From: Deltaproteobacteria bacterium
GTDB lineage: Bacteria > Desulfobacterota > Binatia > UBA12015
Reading direction: 5' to 3'
Length of the DNA: 64,000 nt
Assembly: GCA_046583355.1 (NCBI GenBank)
Contig: JAYGCM010000057.1
Coordinates: 32,006 to 96,005, forward strand
Part shown: positions 58,564 through 64,000 of the stretch, in pieces
Layout: each line of letters starts with the position of its first letter
Numbering within the stretch: the stretch's first letter is position 1
Made by a program: the position numbers and the translations under genes
The notes under the pieces: model-generated
Told to the model about the DNA's origin: nothing
Database searches by the model: none
The model's input: only the letters and a program-made list of their open reading frames with translations

Positions 58564-59337
58564 TCAGCGGCCCCAGACGGCGGGGTCCTGCTTGTAGTAG
58601 AGCTGCAGCTCTTCGTAGAGTTCCGGGTGTTTGCGCCGCAGCTTCTTGGGCTTCTCGAAGAAGGCCTCGGTGATGACGGCGAAAAACTCGGCCGCATTGG
58701 TCGCGCCATAGGAATCGATATCGGTCCGGCGTCCGGCCTCGGCGTTCTCGCGCAACTCCTCGAACTCATGCCCGAGCACCCGTGCCCAGGCCACATATTG
58801 GCTGCGCTGGTCGAGGATCGGTGCGCCGTCGGAGGTGCCATCTTCCTGGTCGAGCTGATGCGCAAATTCATGCAGGACAACATTATGCCCGTCATTCGCA
58901 CACGAGGCGCCGGCCCGTGCATCGTCCCACGAGAGGACCACCACACCATCGACCCAGGACTCCCCCAACCGTGCCGAGGGCGTCTCCAGGACCAGGCCGC
59001 CGGCGATCACCTGACGCTGCGTGGCCACGTAGGCATGCGGGTAGACGAGAATGGCGTGCAAGCGCGGGTAGAAATGCGGCTCTTCCTGGTGCAGCATCAA
59101 GAGGCAGGCCTGGGCAGCGATGGTGACGCGAATCTCATCATTGAGCTCGAGGCCCCCGCAGCCTTCGAATTTCTTCTCGCCGAGGAAAACCTTCATCAAA
59201 TCAAAAAGATGCTCGCGGTCTGTAGGGTCGAGGTGCTCATAGAGGCCGAAATTTCGCTCCACGATCGCGCGAAACTCGTCCGGAAATGGCTGCTCGCGCA
59301 GCTTGCGACGCCGGCGTTTGCGCAGGAAGCCGAACAT
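58564..59337 (-). CDS. M90-family zinc peptidase (MtfA-like)
   Basis: HEFAHQLD HExxH motif with MtfA-like flanks, in a 257-aa protein. Confidence 0.75.
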   Translation of the reverse strand: MFGFLRKRRRRKLREQPFPDEFRAIVERNFGLYEHLDPTDREHLFDLMKVFLGEKKFEGCGGLELNDEIRVTIAAQACLLMLHQEEPHFYPRLHAILVYPHAYVATQRQVIAGGLVLETPSARLGESWVDGVVVLSWDDARAGASCANDGHNVVLHEFAHQLDQEDGTSDGAPILDQRSQYVAWARVLGHEFEELRENAEAGRRTDIDSYGATNAAEFFAVITEAFFEKPKKLRRKHPELYEELQLYYKQDPAVWGR

Positions 59338-59446
59338 CAGAGAAGGCCGCCGCGCGGCAACAGGCCAGACGCCCTCTGCTGCACCGCGTACAATCTATTT
59401 GCCCTCCTCATCGACAGAACCCGTCCCGGAAGAATAAACTATCAAG

Positions 59447-60835
59447 ATGAATTGCGAAAGACATAGCTACAAGGAAACGCGATGGCTTCCGTTGACGGGA
59501 GTCCTTGTGCTCGGTCTGCTTGCCGCCGCCTGTGGTGGCGGCTCTGGCGAGGCCAACGACACCAGCGATTGCCCGGAGGCCAGCGCCAAGGCCGACGTTC
59601 TCGGCATCATGGAGTCGGTCTATTTCTGGAACGACGAGCCGCTGCAGATAGAAAAATACCGCACGGTCGAACTGGCGCGCTTCACCGACGATAAAGAATT
59701 GCTCGACCCCCTGCGCTGGATCCCGGACAATTTCGACCGCGGCTTCACCTACATCACCTCGCCCGCGGCCGAGGCGCGGCAGAATGCCGGCCGCACCTTC
59801 AGCTACGGCTTTTTGCTCACGCGGATCGGCGCGAGCGACGAGATCCGCGTTCGCCAGACAATCGAAGGCGGTCCGGTCCACGCCGCCGGCGTACGCCGCG
59901 GCTGGCGTCTCCTCTCCATCGGTGGCCGCAGCATCGCCACCATCGACGCCAGCGACGGCATCAGCGCCGCACTCGGCTACCCCTACTCCGACTCCGGCAC
60001 CACACGCACGATGGAATTCCTCGACCGGGCCGGAGTGCATCGAGGGCCCTTTACGCTCACGGTCAGCGAATTCGATGTCGACCCGGTGCCGCTGGTGCGC
60101 GTCTTCGAGCGCGGCGGCCAAAAAATCGGCTACGTGCTGATGCGCTCCTTCGTCCCGCCCGCTGTCGCCGGCTTCGAGGCCGCAATCCGCGACTTCGACC
60201 GTGAAGGTGTACGACATCTGGTGGTTGACTTTCGCTACAACCTCGGCGGCGCCGTGCCGGTAGCCGAGGCGATCGGCGGCATGCTCGGCGGCGACGCTCT
60301 GGCCGGCGAGACCCTCTATCGGCTCGCCTTCAACAGCGCGAATTCCGGCCGCAACCAAACCGGGGCCTTCGATGCCCGCTACGAGGGCAACACGCTGAGC
60401 TCGGGTGCGTTTGACTCGATCGTCTTCCTGACAAGTTCGCTAACCGCGTCGGCCAGCGAATTGGTGATCCATGCTTTCGCACCCTTTGCCGACCGCATCG
60501 GCACGACTTCCATTGGCAGCCGGACCTACGGCAAACCAGTCGGCCAGATCGCCACCGATTATTGCTCCAACAAGCGCCGTTTACGTATCGTCGCCTTCGA
60601 GGTGCAGAACGCCGCCGGTGGCGGTGGCTATTTTGCCGGATTGCCGGTCGATTGCCCGGCCGCCGATGAGCTCGATACCGACCTCGGCGACCCGAGCGAG
60701 GCTTCGCTCGAAGCCGCCCTGGAATTCCATGCGACGGGACAATGCCCAAGCGCTACGGCTACCGCAGCAGCCGCGACATCTGCGCCGCCGCACCGCTCAC
60801 TCGGGATCACCCACCGCTTTGACGGCATTCTTTGA
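59447..60835 (+). CDS. S41-family peptidase lipoprotein (C-terminal processing protease-like) with a PDZ domain
   Basis: Lipobox LLAAAC. PDZ-like segment IRVRQTIEGGPVHAAGVRRGWRLLSIGG. S41 core VDFRYNLGG and the catalytic-Ser region FLTSSLTASASE. Confidence 0.75.
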   Translation: MNCERHSYKETRWLPLTGVLVLGLLAAACGGGSGEANDTSDCPEASAKADVLGIMESVYFWNDEPLQIEKYRTVELARFTDDKELLDPLRWIPDNFDRGFTYITSPAAEARQNAGRTFSYGFLLTRIGASDEIRVRQTIEGGPVHAAGVRRGWRLLSIGGRSIATIDASDGISAALGYPYSDSGTTRTMEFLDRAGVHRGPFTLTVSEFDVDPVPLVRVFERGGQKIGYVLMRSFVPPAVAGFEAAIRDFDREGVRHLVVDFRYNLGGAVPVAEAIGGMLGGDALAGETLYRLAFNSANSGRNQTGAFDARYEGNTLSSGAFDSIVFLTSSLTASASELVIHAFAPFADRIGTTSIGSRTYGKPVGQIATDYCSNKRRLRIVAFEVQNAAGGGGYFAGLPVDCPAADELDTDLGDPSEASLEAALEFHATGQCPSATATAAAATSAPPHRSLGITHRFDGIL

Positions 60836-62443
60836 AGACGCACCGACGGTAGCCGGCGCGGCAGACTCGAGGCCGCCGTATCCACCGCCGCCCGGTGTGC
60901 GGAGGACGAGCTGTGTCCCGGCCGGCAGCTGCTGCGTCGAGAGCGGCTGCCAGACGCGCTCCACACCCTCGGGTGTTCGGATACGATCCTCGCCCGGAGC
61001 ACCGGCTGCGCCCCCCGCCAGACCACGCGGCCCCATCGCCCGCCGCCCGGCGAGCAGGGTCACCTGGCTGTCTTCGAGCAAGCGCACGATGCGCTCGATT
61101 CCCTCACCGCCAGGATGCTCGCCGGCGCCGCCGCTGCCGGAGCGCAGCCGGTAGGCCTCGACGCGCAGCGGGTAGGCATGCTCGAGCGCCTCGATTGGCG
61201 TGTTCGCGGTATTGGTCATTCCGGTATGAATGCCGCTTTGTCCGGCCTGCCCGGGCCGGCCGCCCTGCCCGCCGCCAATCGTTTCGTAATAGACGAAAGG
61301 CTGGCCCGGACCCGGCACCGAACCGATCAGAAGATTGTTCATCGTGCCCTGCGAAGCCGCGCCGATCCGGGTGGGGAACGCGGGCGCCAGCGCGGCCAGC
61401 AGAACGTCGGCGATCCGCTGCGATGCCTCGACGTTGCCGGCACCGACGGGAACGGGTGCACGTGCATCGACTACGCTGCCCGGCTCGGTGCGCAGCCGCA
61501 GCACACGCGCCGCGCCGCCGTTGCGCGGGATATCGCCGGAAGTGATGGAACGCGCGGCGAACTCCAGGCAGGCCTGGGTTACGGCGCGCACGCCGCTCGG
61601 CACGCCGGGGCGAGCCCGTCCCGTGCCGCGGAAATCCGCTTCCATACCACCTTCGTCAATCCGCACGACGACCCGGATCGGAACCAGGCTACCGTCGGCG
61701 GCCTCGAGGAAATCCTCGCAGCTGAGCTCAGCCGCAAGCCCCTTCGATGCCGCGTGAAGCTCGACCCGCATGGCTTGCTCGGCATAATCACAAACCAGCC
61801 GCATGGCCCAGGCGAGGCTCTCCCGGCCGTGCTTGGCGGCAAGCTCGCCAAGCCGCCGCGCGCCCAACCGATTGGCACCCCATTGCGCATCGAGATCGCC
61901 CGCCCGCTCCTCCGGGGTACGCGTATTGGCGAGCAGCAGCGCTCGAATATCGCCATCCCAAGCGCCACCGCGCACCGCACGGATCGGCGGCAGGCAGAGC
62001 CCCTCGGCCACCGAATCCACCGCCGTCGCGCTCAGACTACCGGGCACCGAGCCACCCACATCGGCATGGTGTGCCCGATTGGCCACATAGCCCAGCAGCG
62101 CGCCGTCCTGCCCGCGCACGGCGGCGACGAAGGTGATGTCATTGAGATGCGTACCCCCGCAAAAAGGGTCGTTGACTAAAACCTGATCCCCTTCGGCCAG
62201 ATCTCCGAAGGCCTCGATCGCCGAGCGCACAGACGCGGCCATCGAACCCAGGTGCACCGGGATATGCTCGGCCTGGCCGATCAACTCGCCATCAGCGGCA
62301 AAGAGCGCGCAAGAATAATCTTCGCGCTCCTTCACATTCGGCGAGTAGGCGGCGCGCCGCAGGGCCGCGCCCATCTCGTCGCAAACGCCCGAGAAGCGAC
62401 TCTGCCAGATGCCGATTGCGGCCGCGGCGCGAGCATCATGCAT
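60797..62443 (-). CDS. hydantoinase B / 5-oxoprolinase subunit
   Basis: VLVNDPFCGGTHLND and overall conservation with HyuB-type enzymes. Confidence 0.9.
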   Translation of the reverse strand: MHDARAAAAIGIWQSRFSGVCDEMGAALRRAAYSPNVKEREDYSCALFAADGELIGQAEHIPVHLGSMAASVRSAIEAFGDLAEGDQVLVNDPFCGGTHLNDITFVAAVRGQDGALLGYVANRAHHADVGGSVPGSLSATAVDSVAEGLCLPPIRAVRGGAWDGDIRALLLANTRTPEERAGDLDAQWGANRLGARRLGELAAKHGRESLAWAMRLVCDYAEQAMRVELHAASKGLAAELSCEDFLEAADGSLVPIRVVVRIDEGGMEADFRGTGRARPGVPSGVRAVTQACLEFAARSITSGDIPRNGGAARVLRLRTEPGSVVDARAPVPVGAGNVEASQRIADVLLAALAPAFPTRIGAASQGTMNNLLIGSVPGPGQPFVYYETIGGGQGGRPGQAGQSGIHTGMTNTANTPIEALEHAYPLRVEAYRLRSGSGGAGEHPGGEGIERIVRLLEDSQVTLLAGRRAMGPRGLAGGAAGAPGEDRIRTPEGVERVWQPLSTQQLPAGTQLVLRTPGGGGYGGLESAAPATVGASSKNAVKAVGDPE

Positions 62444-64000
62444 GGCCGGACCTCGGCTGCTCCAAAATCAGATTCCGTGCTGCATCGAGGCGTACCGAGA
62501 AGCCCTCCGGCACCCAGGTCGTCGCCTCATCCTCGGGAAGCAGCAACGGCCCCTGGCGCGTCTCGCCGACCCGGAGTCCCGCGCGCCCCGATCCGGGCAA
62601 CGCCTGCAAGACGTCCTCCACCGCGATATCCGAGGCGACCTCGGCGCTCACCCGCAGCGTCACCACCTCGATGGCGGCCTCCGGGCGGCGGTAGCCATTG
62701 CGCTCTTCGTGAGCCTGATGGAAACGCGCCTGAAGGATCTCTGCGCCCTCGCCCTCATCGAGCGCAACGGCGAGCTCGTGGCTCTGCCCGACATAGCGGC
62801 AATCCGCCACCCGCCCGAGCCTCGCCGGCCCCGCCCAGGCTATACTCTCGCGTGCTTCGGCCACCAATCCGGTAAAGCAGGAGGGGTCGAAATATTTGCC
62901 TGCATTGATCTGCGTATGCGCGCGATCGACGCGGATGGGCGCGGCCAACAGGCCGACGGCCGAGAGCAAACCGGCGAGCGGCGGCACGATCACGCAGCGT
63001 GCACCAATGTTGCGGCAAAGCCGCGCGGCATGCAGCGCCCCGGCACCCCCGAAGGCGACAATCGCAACATCGGCCGGGTCCACTCCGCGCTCCACTGTCA
63101 CCTCGCGCAAGGCGCGCTCCATATTCGCTTCGACCACTGCCAGGATCGCCTCGGCCGCGCCGCGCCCGAGGCCGACTACGGCCGCGGCAGCAGCCACGTG
63201 ATCCACCGCCATGCGCCCACCCACGAGCTGCCGCACACGCCCCAGGGCCACATTCGCGTCCGTCACCGTCGGCTGCGTCCCGCCACGCCCGTAGGCGACC
63301 GGACCGGGCAGCGCGCCGGCCGACTCCGGACCGACCCGTAGCGCTCCGCCCGCATCGAGACGCGCCAGGCTGCCGCCGCCCGCACCGACAGTATGAATGG
63401 CGAGTGCCGGCGTGAGGCACGGCAATTCGTCAATCAACGTAAGCGGACGCAGCTCGGGTCGGCCATCGCGAATCAGCACGACATCGGTTGAGGTGCCGCC
63501 CATATCGAAACCAACGGCTGTCGGAAATCCGGCGCTCTGCGCCACGGCGGCCGCGGCAAGCGCACCGGCCGCCGGCCCTGAGAGGAGTGCGTCCGCAGGA
63601 CGCCGTGCGAGGTCGCGCACAGCGCCCAGCCCGCCCGAGGAGCGCATGACCAACAAAGCTTCGGGCAACTCCGGCACCGCCGCGAGACGCTCGAAGTAGC
63701 GCGCCGTGCCCGGACCGAGCCAAGCATGCATCACGGCCGTCGAAGTCCGCTCATATTCGCGGAATTCGCCGGCCACCTCGCTGGAACGAACCACCAGATA
63801 TTTCGCACCAAGCCGCGCGGCAACCGCTTCTTCATGCTGCGGATTCGCGTAGGAATGCAGCAGCGAGATGGCGACGGCCTCGGGCGCGCATGCGTCCAGA
63901 CGCGCTTCCAGATCGCCCAGATCGAGCGGTGCAAGCTCGGCGCCGTCGGGGCCGATGCGCCCACCGACCTCAAAGCGCCGCGCACGCGGCACGAGCGGCT
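62436..64000 (-). CDS. hydantoinase A / 5-oxoprolinase subunit (partial; the N-terminus lies beyond the window end)
   Basis: VGFDMGGTSTDV and conservation with HyuA-type enzymes. It is coupled to the B subunit by an 8-nt overlap. Confidence 0.85.
   Translation of the reverse strand, partial: PLVPRARRFEVGGRIGPDGAELAPLDLGDLEARLDACAPEAVAISLLHSYANPQHEEAVAARLGAKYLVVRSSEVAGEFREYERTSTAVMHAWLGPGTARYFERLAAVPELPEALLVMRSSGGLGAVRDLARRPADALLSGPAAGALAAAAVAQSAGFPTAVGFDMGGTSTDVVLIRDGRPELRPLTLIDELPCLTPALAIHTVGAGGGSLARLDAGGALRVGPESAGALPGPVAYGRGGTQPTVTDANVALGRVRQLVGGRMAVDHVAAAAAVVGLGRGAAEAILAVVEANMERALREVTVERGVDPADVAIVAFGGAGALHAARLCRNIGARCVIVPPLAGLLSAVGLLAAPIRVDRAHTQINAGKYFDPSCFTGLVAEARESIAWAGPARLGRVADCRYVGQSHELAVALDEGEGAEILQARFHQAHEERNGYRRPEAAIEVVTLRVSAEVASDIAVEDVLQALPGSGRAGLRVGETRQGPLLLPEDEATTWVPEGFSVRLDAARNLILEQPRSGHA

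Noticed and set aside
60895-62179. Several 200-350 aa plus-strand ORFs
   Set aside because: They are antisense to the confidently identified hydantoinase B gene and have low-complexity Arg/Ala/Pro-rich translations.

Overview
This is a high-GC (roughly 68-70%) bacterial chromosomal segment, densely coding on both strands, with about 55 protein-coding genes. I found no rRNA or tRNA genes, no CRISPR array and no transposase or IS element. Housekeeping anchors are clear: alaS, an ileS-lspA pair, prfB with its programmed +1 frameshift, rnhA, a phoH/ybeZ-ybeY pair, bioB, and hydantoinase/oxoprolinase A and B subunits. Around them are three accessory themes. The first is neutral-lipid and fatty-acid chemistry: a WS/DGAT gene, a PlsC-type acyltransferase, and a LuxE-like acyl-protein synthetase followed by a single ORF that fuses a LuxC-like acyl reductase to a class-III aminotransferase. 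The second is a glycan and sulfation neighbourhood: a sulfotransferase, a GT9 heptosyltransferase, an acyltransferase-3 protein, a sulfatase lipoprotein, and two giant multi-domain glycosyltransferases of 1443 and 932 aa in one operon. The third is a set of decayed or orphaned genes: a higB toxin remnant next to an intact higA, and a frameshifted pseudokinase remnant. The most distinctive non-coding signal is a conserved element, TTGCAC-N16-TAGRRR-N6-start codon, upstream of three unrelated genes (alaS, the GT9 gene and a Tat-signal protein gene). It looks like a promoter producing leaderless mRNAs. All coordinates I derived by hand may be off by 1-2 nt. Family assignments rest on motifs I recognise in the translations, not on database searches.
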